Source of the DNA: Escherichia phage HMD-P3
Strand: one strand, 5' to 3'
Sequence record: PQ462667.1
DNA: 64,000 nucleotides
Part shown: positions 44,949-55,392 of the stretch, piece by piece
How the letters are laid out: each line of letters starts with the position of its first letter
Numbering within the stretch: the first letter of the stretch is position 1
Notes under the pieces: model-generated
Database searches by the model: none
Seen by the model: only the letters and a program-made list of their open reading frames with translations
What the model was told of the DNA's origin: nothing
Translations under genes and position numbers: made by a program

Positions 44949-45391
44949 TTAAAATTAAATTAACTCATCCAGATTGTATGCCTAAGATTGGTTCCGAAGA
45001 CGCCGCAGGTATGGATCTGCGTGCATTCTTTGGTACTAACCCTGCTGCAGATTTACGTGCTATTGCACCAGGTAAATCCCTAATGATTGACACCGGTGTC
45101 GCGGTGGAAATTCCGCGAGGTTGGTTCGGTTTGGTAGTTCCTCGCAGCTCTCTAGGTAAGCGTCATCTGATGATCGCAAATACCGCAGGAGTGATCGACT
45201 CAGACTATCGTGGAACTATTAAGATGAACCTTTATAACTACGGTTCTGAAATTCAAACTCTGGAAAATTTTGAAAGACTTTGCCAGTTGGTAGTAGTACC
45301 ACACTACTCAACACATAATTTTGAAATTGTTGATGAACTAGGAGAAACTGATCGTGGAGAAGGTGGATTTGGAAGTTCAGGAAGTAAATAA
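44945..45391 (+). CDS. dut: dUTP diphosphatase
   Basis: dUTPase motifs AAGMDLRA, PRSSLG, GVIDSDYRG, GDRGEGGFGSSG. Confidence 0.9.
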   Translation: MIKIKLTHPDCMPKIGSEDAAGMDLRAFFGTNPAADLRAIAPGKSLMIDTGVAVEIPRGWFGLVVPRSSLGKRHLMIANTAGVIDSDYRGTIKMNLYNYGSEIQTLENFERLCQLVVVPHYSTHNFEIVDELGETDRGEGGFGSSGSK

Positions 45392-45412
45392 TCTACATAT
45401 CAAATAAATAAT

Positions 45413-45450
45413 AAACCCCAATGGACAAAATCCATTGGGGTTTTCTTTTA
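45413..45450. terminator. bidirectional rho-independent terminator between convergent dut and tail-fibre genes
   Basis: Perfect 10-bp stem ccccaatgga/tccattgggg, 5-nt loop, T-run on plus and A-run upstream. Confidence 0.75.
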
Positions 45451-47604
45451 TTGTGATACTAGTTGTACCTTTAATTGCTCAAGCTCTTTCTCCAGATCTT
45501 CAATCCTTTTAATAAGATCTTGCACAACATGCATAGTGTCAAGAAGCATTGGAGTTGTATCTAATTCCTTTTGTTCCTGCTCTACTCCGTCATCATTATA
45601 GAATCTTCTGGTCTTTACATAGAGGGGCTCTATAGTCTCTACTTGCTGCGCAATAACCCCACGTCGGATACGAGATTTTTCATCGTTATTATATATAAAG
45701 GACTGGAATTCTAATCCTTTTAATACCTCGATGGACTTAGTTGCATCTATAGCTTTAATATCATGCTTTAAACGAGAATCAGATATAGCATTTAACTGCA
45801 GAGTATACGTTGCTGCGCCATTGGGCCACCAAGAATAGAAATAAATACTATTATTGTTTGGCTGAATTTTTAAACGTACACCATATTTGTTATCCGCGTC
45901 TCCCGATACGTGCCAGCAAGAATCAGCAAAGGAACCCAAGTCATTATGAATTAATCCAAAATGTGCAGATGTTTTATACCCCGCAGTAGAATACTGGGAA
46001 CCACTCAAAATACTATTAAAATTAAATGTACTGCCTATATTCGCTTCGCTCTGAGAAAAAGTACCTTGTACCCAGCCTGTCTGAGACCACGCCATACCAG
46101 TTACTAGTCTAGCTTCAAAACGATCCGCTACAAAATTCCCAGTATCTACAAGCTGGGCGGAACTCGATTTACCAGTAGATTTATTTTCTATTAGTAGCTC
46201 AGTAGAGTAGTTGCCATCAATAGTAGCTTTAGCACGTAATGTACTTACAGCTTCACTACTAGTACCTACTTTATACTCAGATAGTACACTCCCGCCATAA
46301 ACAGTAGTACTAGCAGAAGGTTTGACAGCATCGCCATTAATGACACTCCACGAGGTATTCGCAGCCACGAATCCACCAGAAGCACGGATTACCCATACAC
46401 CGACAAAGTTTCGTGTAAGGATTTCGTCCTGTGCTGCACCGTAGATAGGGCTTGAGTGTGAGGCGTCAAAATTTAATGTATTATAGCGCCCAGTTAATGC
46501 AATATTTCCTGTACTGGGGATCGCATCCCCATCCCCATTAGGAAAAATCCCATTATTAACAAAGAATGCACCGGCAGCAGCAGACCCAAATACCTGAGCG
46601 TAGCTAGTACTTGAGTAGCTAGGAACAGTACCTGTTATATTAGGCGCAGCTGATTCAAATAGCTGACCATTTGCACTACTATTCCCACCATCACCACGAC
46701 CGTAAAGAGCACGTATTGATCCTTGTTGCACACCGTTCCGATCTGGCACACGGAAAGTAGTTGTGCCATCACCCAAGGAGTATCTGCCACGCTGAAATTT
46801 ATCTGCTAACCAAACTGAATCATCTATGGCCCCAACCATTTGTGCATATGCCCAAAGTTCAGGCCAATCAGCCCTATTAAGGAGCTGTCCGTCAGAAACG
46901 ACTTCGTATGGCTGAATATACGCACGACTATCTCGGAGGTGAAAATCACCAACACCGTAGTTCATAACACCATTCATGGTAGGTCCAACTGTACCAGTGT
47001 TAATCTTATTCTCTACCCAACGCTTAGTAACAGCATCATAATCATTAACGGGATCTCCAGCAAGTGGAGTAGACCCAATAGGGCGTACATTTAGCCACGC
47101 AGCGGCTCGGTCTGCTAAATCTGATAAATTATTTTCAGATAATAGACTTTCGTCTTTTGTTGGCACATTATAACTTTGTCTAAAAGCTTCTTTTGATACT
47201 ACTCCAGTACCTCCTTGTTCTATAGAAAGTGCAGTGGTTAAACCTGTTAAAGATTTAATAGTTGAGTTGGCACCATCCATGTCTATACTAGCAAATCTTG
47301 ACCATGCAGTCCATGAATTGTAAAAAGATCTACTATATATCTCATTACTATTATAAGGTAAGTAAATTTGAGTACAAGAAGTTGATAAACTGCTTGCATT
47401 ATTTTTTAAGACTAGTAATGTACCTGCAGCTGCAACAGGATAGTTAAGAGAAGTAGGAGAGTTAGCATTTCCAGATTGCCAGTACTTTCCATACACCCTT
47501 CCATCAAGTGTATTTAAATCTGTTCCTGCAGTAATTAAACCATATACAGGTAATGCGGCTACATCAGTAGCCTTTAAGTTAATTTTATCAATTCTAAGAG
47601 CCAT
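45448..47604 (-). CDS. tail fibre protein with C-terminal intramolecular chaperone (S74-type autoproteolytic) domain
   Basis: C-terminal SDSRLKHDIKAI...GVIAQQVETIEP...LEKELEQLK is the hallmark of the tail-fibre/endosialidase intramolecular chaperone; the upstream part is Gly/Ser/Thr/Asn-rich. Confidence 0.75.
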   Translation of the reverse strand: MALRIDKINLKATDVAALPVYGLITAGTDLNTLDGRVYGKYWQSGNANSPTSLNYPVAAAGTLLVLKNNASSLSTSCTQIYLPYNSNEIYSRSFYNSWTAWSRFASIDMDGANSTIKSLTGLTTALSIEQGGTGVVSKEAFRQSYNVPTKDESLLSENNLSDLADRAAAWLNVRPIGSTPLAGDPVNDYDAVTKRWVENKINTGTVGPTMNGVMNYGVGDFHLRDSRAYIQPYEVVSDGQLLNRADWPELWAYAQMVGAIDDSVWLADKFQRGRYSLGDGTTTFRVPDRNGVQQGSIRALYGRGDGGNSSANGQLFESAAPNITGTVPSYSSTSYAQVFGSAAAGAFFVNNGIFPNGDGDAIPSTGNIALTGRYNTLNFDASHSSPIYGAAQDEILTRNFVGVWVIRASGGFVAANTSWSVINGDAVKPSASTTVYGGSVLSEYKVGTSSEAVSTLRAKATIDGNYSTELLIENKSTGKSSSAQLVDTGNFVADRFEARLVTGMAWSQTGWVQGTFSQSEANIGSTFNFNSILSGSQYSTAGYKTSAHFGLIHNDLGSFADSCWHVSGDADNKYGVRLKIQPNNNSIYFYSWWPNGAATYTLQLNAISDSRLKHDIKAIDATKSIEVLKGLEFQSFIYNNDEKSRIRRGVIAQQVETIEPLYVKTRRFYNDDGVEQEQKELDTTPMLLDTMHVVQDLIKRIEDLEKELEQLKVQLVSQ
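45451..45795 (-). other. intramolecular chaperone domain (predicted autocleavage near SDSRLK)
   Basis: Domain limits estimated from the last ~115 residues of the fibre ORF. Confidence 0.6.
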
Positions 47605-47613
47605 TTTAATTCC

Positions 47614-47919
47614 TCATGCCCACATGCGAACAGGTGTTTCTGGGTTTACTATAAACTTATCTAGTATAGAGAGATCAAAATCATCAATATTCATAATACG
47701 CAGATTAACGTGATATCCTTCTTGCACTACATACTCAATATCTTCTATATTTTGATACTCTGTTAAGGGTTTTACAGGCTGACTAATAATACCTATAAAA
47801 TCAATACTAACATTTTCACAGTATAAACTACCTGTTTCTTCATCTAAACTAAAGCCAAATTTTATCAAATTAATTTTCATTTCATCAGCATTAGTAAATT
47901 TTAGATATAAATCTTTCAT
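47614..47919 (-). CDS. hypothetical protein (101 aa) between the two fibre genes
   Basis: Stop lies 9 nt upstream of the next start; AT-rich. Confidence 0.45.
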   Translation of the reverse strand: MKDLYLKFTNADEMKINLIKFGFSLDEETGSLYCENVSIDFIGIISQPVKPLTEYQNIEDIEYVVQEGYHVNLRIMNIDDFDLSILDKFIVNPETPVRMWA

Positions 47920-47964
47920 TATAGGATCCTTAATTTATGGGAGCATTATATAATGCTCCTGTAC

Positions 47965-50060
47965 TTACCGTAAGCCATTAATCTGATCATTATTTAAGGC
48001 CCTATACCATACTCGGAAATTCTTAATATGATATACAAATTTAGAAACGGTATAAGGTGGTGGTGTACCTAACCTAGACGGAGTACCTGTCAAACTCACG
48101 GGAGTACTAGTAGATTTAGCAGTTTTACCATTAAAATAGTTGCTTATTTCATCTCCAACTATTTTTTGGACATAGGTCATAGGAGGTAAACTTTCTATAT
48201 CTGGAATAGATAAGGTTGGCCCACCACTAGATCTATATGTTATTATAGTGGCACTATCACTGCTATTACAGCGGCAGATAATGTCATTCCTAGAGCCTCT
48301 TACTTGCATAACTTCTACATAACTAGTATAAGGCCGTACTTTACAATTAAATTCAAAAGATACTGTACGCTCAAAGTAGTCCGCTAGGGTTCTATAGCCG
48401 GCATTATCTGGTATACACCACCATTCATCTGCTGTTCTAGTAGTAGTGGTATCAGTGCTATTACGGATGTAAGAAGTTGGAGCTATGCCTTCCTCAACCT
48501 GTATACCCCAGATGTAGAAACCAGAAACACCATCCCCCGGATAGACGGTAACACCAGTAGTTTTAGCCATCTGGAGTCTAAATATAGTATCTTTACTTGT
48601 AGTGGCAGCAAAAGAAAGCCAAATTCTATATATACCTCCAGTTAGTCTCTCATATCCCCCTCTAATATTACTAGCAGAACCACTTGTAGTAACAGTTTCA
48701 TTTTTAATATCAAAAAACATGCCCGCTGTTGTACCGGAAGCTACACGTAGGTATACTAAACGATTTGCAGTATCATCTTTAACATAAGCAGAATAGCAAT
48801 AAAAAGTATCAGCAGTCAAAGATATAAATTTATCTTTGGAATAATGCTCGCTGTCATTGGTATTCTCGGTAAACTTAGTCATTAACATTTCGCCAGTCGG
48901 ACAAGCCGAAGCATTAGGAGTTGTAATAACTGTACTACTTCCAGTAATTTCTTCTGAATTAGTATATAAATTAGTGCACTGGGACTCCATTAATAAACCT
49001 TGCTTTTCAAATCTAGGTTCATTAATATCTGCAAAACACATTTTACCACTTTTATCTATATAACTGGCGGTAGTTGAGCGAGTAAAATTTGCAGATTTTG
49101 TTGGTAATTCCAGAGTTACATCATTAATTGTTGCTAAATCGTAAGGGGCCATACCAGATAATAATCTCATATCATCAGTTAAAGGTACCCAAACATCCGG
49201 ATAGGGGACAGGTTCATATATAATAATACTAGCAGCAGAGGCAGCAGCAGCGGCTTCAGAAGCTTTAGCATTAATTTCAGAAGCTTTAGCATTAGTCTCT
49301 GAAGCTTTAGCATTAGTCTCAGAAGTTTTTGCTGCTGTTTGTGAAGCTGCTGCTGCATTTTTACTTGCTAATGCATCAGCGGCACTTCAATTTAATGATA
49401 CGGCGACCACCGAGATCTACACCTGAGGAAACACTCTTTCCCTACACGACGCTCTTCCGATCTAGCTGCCGCTAATTCGGAAGCTTTAGCATTAGTTTCA
49501 GAAGTCTTAGCATTAGTCTCAGAAGTTTTTGCTGCTGTTTGTGAAGCTGCTGCTGCATTTTTACTTGCTAATGCATTAGTCTCACTAGTTTTAGCATTAG
49601 TCTCGGAGGCTTTAGCTTTTGTTTCACTAGTCTTAGCATTAGTTTCTGATACTTTTGCATTAGTCTCTGAGGTTTTAGCCTTAGTTTCACTAGCTTTCGC
49701 ATTAGTCTCAGATACTTTAGCTGCTGCGGCTGATTCTGCAGATCTATCCGCTGATGCAGCAGATTGAGTAGCAGATGTAGCGGACTGAGTAGCAGAAGTT
49801 TCAGAAGCTCCAGCAGAAATAGCTGCTTCCTGTTCAGAGTTCTTAGCGTTAAGCTCCGAAGTTTTAGCCGCTATCTCAGAATCTTTTGCAGCTGCAGCAG
49901 ACTTAGCTGCTGCTTCAATAGAAGATACTAACTCACTTGCAGTAATAGAGCTAATAGAATTACCTAGAGTTACTGTATATCTAGGAAACTTACTAGCAGT
50001 AGCTTTAGTATCATCAATATTTAATATTTGTTGTACAATAATTTTAGTAGTTACTGCCAT
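47965..50060 (-). CDS. L-shaped tail fibre protein (LtfA/pb1-like), frame interrupted in this assembly by an adapter-derived insertion
   Basis: N-terminal part (49392-50060) has SETNAK-type fibre repeats. The frame of the 401-aa ORF 47965-49170 is open upstream through 49171-49380 and encodes the same repeat sequence, so the two track ORFs are fragments of one gene split by the artefact at about 49377-49463. Confidence 0.55.
49394..49463. other. Illumina TruSeq-type universal (P5/i5) adapter sequence (contamination / assembly artefact)
   Basis: AATGATACGGCGACCACCGAGATCTACAC + 8-nt index CTGAGGAA + ACACTCTTTCCCTACACGACGCTCTTCCGATCT; its translation gives the ORF tail ...RVGKECFLRCRSRWSPYH; flanked by duplicated sequence. 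Confidence 0.95.
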
Positions 50061-50482
50061 TATTTAGTTACCCCATCACTGATAAATACTTTACCCTCCA
50101 TTATACGAAAGGAGCTAATTGCAGATCCTATAATATCTCTAGTCATAATTATATCATAGTATCCCGCAAATCTCTGACGAGGATTATATTTATCTCTATC
50201 TTTAGATGCCTTAGCTCCTATATTTTCCACAGATTCTACTGGCAAACTTATAGCTACAGCCCCCTGAGCAGCATCAATAATATTAGTAGTAAAGGATGCT
50301 AATATCTCCGCATTCTCATCTAGGCTATTTTTTATAGTACCCCTTAGAGAGTACCCAGTTAAGTTAACAGGGGTATTTGTAGGTGGATAAGTACTATCAT
50401 CAACATCTAAGAACTGCATCATTAAACCATAAGGTACTTTTTCATCTATTACTAAGTCTATAACTCTATTTTCAGTACTCAT
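50060..50482 (-). CDS. putative collar protein (T5 p132-like, 140 aa)
   Basis: 140-aa ORF directly upstream of the fibre gene, the position and size of T5 p132; call by synteny. Confidence 0.5.
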   Translation of the reverse strand: MSTENRVIDLVIDEKVPYGLMMQFLDVDDSTYPPTNTPVNLTGYSLRGTIKNSLDENAEILASFTTNIIDAAQGAVAISLPVESVENIGAKASKDRDKYNPRQRFAGYYDIIMTRDIIGSAISSFRIMEGKVFISDGVTK

Positions 50483-50485
50483 TAT

Positions 50486-52558
50486 TTACCTTATATGAAT
50501 GTACCCGTTTTGCAGGTCTATCTTCATTCTGTAATAGGCTTCCGGGTTAGATGATAGTGCGGCCGCACGATCATATATAATATTCACACCAATTTGAGAT
50601 AAGAAAGCATTACCAGCAACTATTTTACTAGCGGTTACAGTACCATTAACTATCATATCTCCGTGTAAGACCATAGCAGGACTAACCCATGCCGAACCAT
50701 TCCATTGTCTAGTAAATGCTGTTTGCGGAGCATTACTATTAAACTCAGTTAATACATCGTATTTAACAGGTGGGGAACCAAAATTACTTTGGAAGAAGGA
50801 GTTAGCACGACTATCGTCCCATCCTCCTAATCCGGCCACTCCAAGAGAATACATGCCCGGGCCTCTCTGGCCATCCGCACCAATAGTACCTTCAGTACCA
50901 CTCCACTGAACAACGTCTGCCCAGCTAGTACCTTCTAGTAACTTATTAGTAACAGGGTCTAGAGTACCAGTTGTAGCATAAATATTCTGAGTCATATCAG
51001 TACGGTTAGGCGGTGTTTTAGACCAGCCAGGTGGTGGGTAATCCTGCTCCAATGGTTTTGCTGGTAAACTTTTACCAAGTTTATAAACAAATACTGTTTG
51101 TTTACCTTGCATACCAGTTCCAATATCTACGTCACCATTAGGAGTTCCAATAACAACCCCGCTAGAAATACGAAGAGTATCCCCATCATAACGTATCCAC
51201 TGAGTAGCATTACCTATATCTAACTTTGGCTTAGCAGAAGTGTTATCCATTCCCATCCAGATACCAGATTTTGTATCTCCCCAAGTTTTACCTTGAGTAT
51301 AGATTGCCGGATTATCTTGGCCAGTTAGATTAGTCATTACAAAGTTAGCAGCATTGATAGTTTTAGTTATAACACTACCATCAACGTTAACTATCTTTTT
51401 AATAGGATCGAAAGATATTGGTGCTTTTCCTTCGGCATCTAGGAGGCCTATATTAATAGCACCAGTAGTAGCATCGATTAAAAATGTTTGCTTCCACGTG
51501 GAGCCATCTTTAATCTTACCTTTAATATACGCATAGTTTACTTCTATACCAGTTTCATTAACAAAACTATTGTCAAGAGGGGTATCCTCATTTAGTATAA
51601 AAGTCTGTACTACAGAATCTGTTACATCTTGAGCATTTGGCCCCCACGCTATAGAGGAGACTTTAAATTTATGCTCAATTTTCCACGGGAACGATATAAT
51701 AGTTGCCGCTTGTGCAGCACCTACGTTAATTTTTTGGGCCTTAGTCCATCCAGTTCTTGCAAATTCTGCGGAGTCTATATAAGACACGACAAATTCACGA
51801 ACATTTGCTCCAGATCCCTTATTCCAATCCCATTGCACACGTAAATCATAACGTTCTTTACCATCTGCAATTCTTGCAGCCTTGAAGGTAATATTGCTAG
51901 GAGCAGTGGGTGGTACAAAGTTATATTCTACAGTAAGAAATTTAGAAAACTCAAAGTATCCAGAGGAATCTACAGTTACACCATCAGGCATAGTAACTTG
52001 CCCTGATATACGTACTTTATAATCTCCAATAGGAACACCACCAAATCTAATAGTCGGAGATAGTGGGCCTATATAATACTTTATCCATGGGCTATTTGAA
52101 GGTTGAGTACTTTTTAACTCAATAGTACAATAACTAGCTTCTCCTGTAGTTTCTATAACTACTATAGGAGCACCTACGCCCACATCTACTGGATCAGCTT
52201 CTGATCTAGCGGCAGTAATAATAGGTTTTCTCTTAGTACTAAAGGTAGTTTTATTGGATAAGTTTATACCAATTTTAGCCTCTAGTAATTCAGAATCTAT
52301 AATAGAATCATAAAAAGCCCCTTGAACTTCATAAGAGGTTGAAGGGGTTAGATTATTAATCATTACGAAGAAAGTATCTATACCAGTATAATCACGTCTA
52401 TCTATACTTTCTCCTAACTTTAGCCAAAAAGATCTACCAATAACATCATAGTCAGTATATATAGAGTGCTGGACATACGCCATTGTATATCCAGTCATTA
52501 TACTATTTAAGACCATTTTGGCTGGTGCATTATTCGAAATCATTAAATGGATGCCCAC
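50486..52558 (-). CDS. tail/baseplate protein (T5 pb4-like, 690 aa)
   Basis: Large beta-rich Gly/Thr/Ser-rich protein between the hub-like protein and the collar; by synteny and length. Confidence 0.55.
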   Translation of the reverse strand: MGIHLMISNNAPAKMVLNSIMTGYTMAYVQHSIYTDYDVIGRSFWLKLGESIDRRDYTGIDTFFVMINNLTPSTSYEVQGAFYDSIIDSELLEAKIGINLSNKTTFSTKRKPIITAARSEADPVDVGVGAPIVVIETTGEASYCTIELKSTQPSNSPWIKYYIGPLSPTIRFGGVPIGDYKVRISGQVTMPDGVTVDSSGYFEFSKFLTVEYNFVPPTAPSNITFKAARIADGKERYDLRVQWDWNKGSGANVREFVVSYIDSAEFARTGWTKAQKINVGAAQAATIISFPWKIEHKFKVSSIAWGPNAQDVTDSVVQTFILNEDTPLDNSFVNETGIEVNYAYIKGKIKDGSTWKQTFLIDATTGAINIGLLDAEGKAPISFDPIKKIVNVDGSVITKTINAANFVMTNLTGQDNPAIYTQGKTWGDTKSGIWMGMDNTSAKPKLDIGNATQWIRYDGDTLRISSGVVIGTPNGDVDIGTGMQGKQTVFVYKLGKSLPAKPLEQDYPPPGWSKTPPNRTDMTQNIYATTGTLDPVTNKLLEGTSWADVVQWSGTEGTIGADGQRGPGMYSLGVAGLGGWDDSRANSFFQSNFGSPPVKYDVLTEFNSNAPQTAFTRQWNGSAWVSPAMVLHGDMIVNGTVTASKIVAGNAFLSQIGVNIIYDRAAALSSNPEAYYRMKIDLQNGYIHIR

Positions 52559-55392
52559 TCCACAGACTGTTCTCCATCATCTCCTTCTGCTCTAATACGA
52601 AAATATAGTTTTCTATTGATCCCTAGAGCACCACTGTTATGAAGAGCAAAATCTGCCTTATTATACATTAATAAATAGTCATAAGTATACTGATTTTCAA
52701 TACGTACACTTCTTAGCATTCTATTCTGAGAATCATAGATCTCCAGAGTATAGAATATACTTTCTATTATATCTTCTTCTGGTATCCTATCCCAAGCTAG
52801 TCTTACATCTGGGCCTACAAACTCAGTTACATCCCCAGAAGCCATATTAGTTACCCTAAAATTAGATACTACACTTAGGTTTTTAGCAGAGTTAAGTTCT
52901 ATAGATAATGTTACTGGAGAACTTCTTCTACCGTTTATATCCACGGCCCTTATTTCAAATATTGCTAAACCTGCAGGCTCTCCAATTATCTCTTGGACCA
53001 TGCGTTCATTGGGATTTGTTTCTAGTTGCTGCACGATATAGGGTTCAGCATGACCTGAATGCACGATAGAGTAATAAACTACGTTATTAGTTAAACTTGG
53101 AAGCCAAGATAGCTCACCATTTTTTCCTATAGAGCCAACTAAACCACCGGGTGTAGGGGTATATTTAAAATCTCTAGGAGGAAGAACATTGTTACTAATA
53201 TCTGGTATATCATTACCACTATTATCTACTTGATCAGAGTTGATAAATACATCTTCCCCATACTCTTGTAGAGTAACATTTATCTTTCCTTCCCTAGAGT
53301 TTTCGACTTCATCTACTAAAAAGTATTTCTTATCCCATCCGTAACGGTCGTATGTAAATGCAATGGCATCGTTAGGTTCAATACCAATGAATTGATATGG
53401 TAAAGAAAAAGAAAGGGTTCTAGAATACCTAGATTTCTTAAGTTCTCTGTCTGCAAAACTTCTAGCAGTATAGTAGTTAGTTATATTTGCAAAAGATAAT
53501 TGTAATTTTTTGTCTAAATTTTTATCTTGCTCTTTATATCTAGAGTTATAAAAGGTAATAGAGTTAGTTTTCCAGCTAAGAGCTGGGTCTACGATGGATG
53601 CTTGAACTGAGTTGAACTTATTTCTACCAGTAGTATCTGATAGCTCTAAATCACCATAAGTATCCAGAAAATTAATCTCTAATGGAGTATTAGAATACTT
53701 TTCCACAGTAATTCTATACTGACCAGATAAGTTGTTAATAGCTCCACCATAGGACTCTAGCAAACCTTGCACATTTTTGAATACTGATTCAGATGTATCT
53801 AGAATAGTATTCATTTGTACTATTTGTCTATTTTCTGCTAATGGATCAGTCCACCCAATGTACCTCCAGTACGGCTGCCAGGATACTTGGTAAGATTCAT
53901 CTATAATATCTAGGATAGCAGCTTCCTGTATCAATTGTTGAAGAGGGAATTGATCAATAGTAATATTAGCACCGTATCTATCTGAAGTTAAGTAATCAAG
54001 TGTTTGCCAGATACCATTTAAACTAGTGCTATTAGCAGTTACTCTACCATCAGAGTGGTAGATTTTTACCTTCTTACCCTGAATCTCAGCACTAACTTCT
54101 GGAATCTCAGTTCTATTTTCATTAATAGTAAAGCGCACTACCGCATAAGCAGTATCTAATAGTTTATATCTAGCATCCCAGTACTCAGGCCCATTACCGT
54201 TCATACTTTGAAGATAGAACCCACGCTCCTTCGCTATATTTACTAATACTTCAGAAGCCGTTTGATCGGCTTTTCCATGATAAGTCCAAATCCTTATATC
54301 ACCATTACCATCGTTATATTTATATTCCTGGCCATGCACAGAAGGACTACTAGAAGATATTCCTGATGCTATTCTTTGCATGGTGTCTCCTGCTACTTTT
54401 TTAACACCGAAGCAGGTTCTAGCAGAGCTATCATTAGAGTCCATACAAATCATAGGATTATCACCAAAGGAAAAGTCAAGAAAACCGTCTATCTCTCCTT
54501 CAGCAAAAGCATATACTACATAAACTATATTAGGATTGTGTAATTCCGTATCCGCAAAAATAGGTATTCCCGGTATTTTCTGTACACCATAAACTACTGG
54601 TATATACTTAGCAGCAAGGTTAAAATCTATATCTACTTCTTTAGTAACAGTCTCATAATACTTTTTAAGACTATAACTTCTAGATAGTCCAAATAGCTTT
54701 TTCTTAGATTTTAGCTTGTATCTTTCTTCCTGTACCTGATACTTTGCTAGAATAGAGATACTTTTATTGGCATGAAAGAAACCGTAATCTTCTTGGTACT
54801 CAAGTCTTTTAGCCCCGTTAGATGGAAGTAATTGCCCTGCTACAACTTCAAGCCCTCTATGAGAAGCATCATCAGTAAATCTACCATTAACCCTATCAAA
54901 ATCATAGAATTGGTTAGAACAATTCCAAGTAATTGTGGAGGTTCCAACTCCCGAAGTACTAATATTATCCTTAATACCTCCACCAGTAATTCTACCTCTA
55001 AAGTATAATAAAGGCCCGTTTGTGTCTGGGTCTACAGGTAAAATAGAACCATCCTCTGTAATAATTGCTTGGTGGATTGATACTGTTCTATCTAAAAAGG
55101 ACACACCATTCTGCACTAATTTCAGTACTTCATCCTGCGCTGTACCCGTAATAGTAAAAGATAGACTGCCAATAGATAAATCTCTGTTTTGTTTATGTGC
55201 GCTAATAGATTTAACTTTACCAGCCTGATACAAAATACCATTATATAGTACATCTCTAAAATAATCAGTTAAATAAATAAAAGCAGTACTAGTACCAGTA
55301 GAGCTAGGCAACTCTAGAGAAATTAGACTAGCAGTTTTTATTCTGCTATTATTTTTTAAGTAGTTTCTAGCACTATCTAATATTTTTTTCAT
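52543..55392 (-). CDS. baseplate hub / tail tip protein (T5 pb3-like, 949 aa)
   Basis: 949-aa ORF immediately downstream of the Dit-like gene; by synteny and length. Confidence 0.6.
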   Translation of the reverse strand: MKKILDSARNYLKNNSRIKTASLISLELPSSTGTSTAFIYLTDYFRDVLYNGILYQAGKVKSISAHKQNRDLSIGSLSFTITGTAQDEVLKLVQNGVSFLDRTVSIHQAIITEDGSILPVDPDTNGPLLYFRGRITGGGIKDNISTSGVGTSTITWNCSNQFYDFDRVNGRFTDDASHRGLEVVAGQLLPSNGAKRLEYQEDYGFFHANKSISILAKYQVQEERYKLKSKKKLFGLSRSYSLKKYYETVTKEVDIDFNLAAKYIPVVYGVQKIPGIPIFADTELHNPNIVYVVYAFAEGEIDGFLDFSFGDNPMICMDSNDSSARTCFGVKKVAGDTMQRIASGISSSSPSVHGQEYKYNDGNGDIRIWTYHGKADQTASEVLVNIAKERGFYLQSMNGNGPEYWDARYKLLDTAYAVVRFTINENRTEIPEVSAEIQGKKVKIYHSDGRVTANSTSLNGIWQTLDYLTSDRYGANITIDQFPLQQLIQEAAILDIIDESYQVSWQPYWRYIGWTDPLAENRQIVQMNTILDTSESVFKNVQGLLESYGGAINNLSGQYRITVEKYSNTPLEINFLDTYGDLELSDTTGRNKFNSVQASIVDPALSWKTNSITFYNSRYKEQDKNLDKKLQLSFANITNYYTARSFADRELKKSRYSRTLSFSLPYQFIGIEPNDAIAFTYDRYGWDKKYFLVDEVENSREGKINVTLQEYGEDVFINSDQVDNSGNDIPDISNNVLPPRDFKYTPTPGGLVGSIGKNGELSWLPSLTNNVVYYSIVHSGHAEPYIVQQLETNPNERMVQEIIGEPAGLAIFEIRAVDINGRRSSPVTLSIELNSAKNLSVVSNFRVTNMASGDVTEFVGPDVRLAWDRIPEEDIIESIFYTLEIYDSQNRMLRSVRIENQYTYDYLLMYNKADFALHNSGALGINRKLYFRIRAEGDDGEQSVEWASI

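Noticed and set aside
49200-49900. Short tandem repeats (about 21-24 bp units, gcattagtctcagaagtttta-like) that might suggest a CRISPR array or VNTR
   Set aside because: The repeats are in frame and encode SETNAK-type fibre repeats; there is no repeat-spacer architecture, and part of the apparent repetition is the assembly duplication around the adapter.
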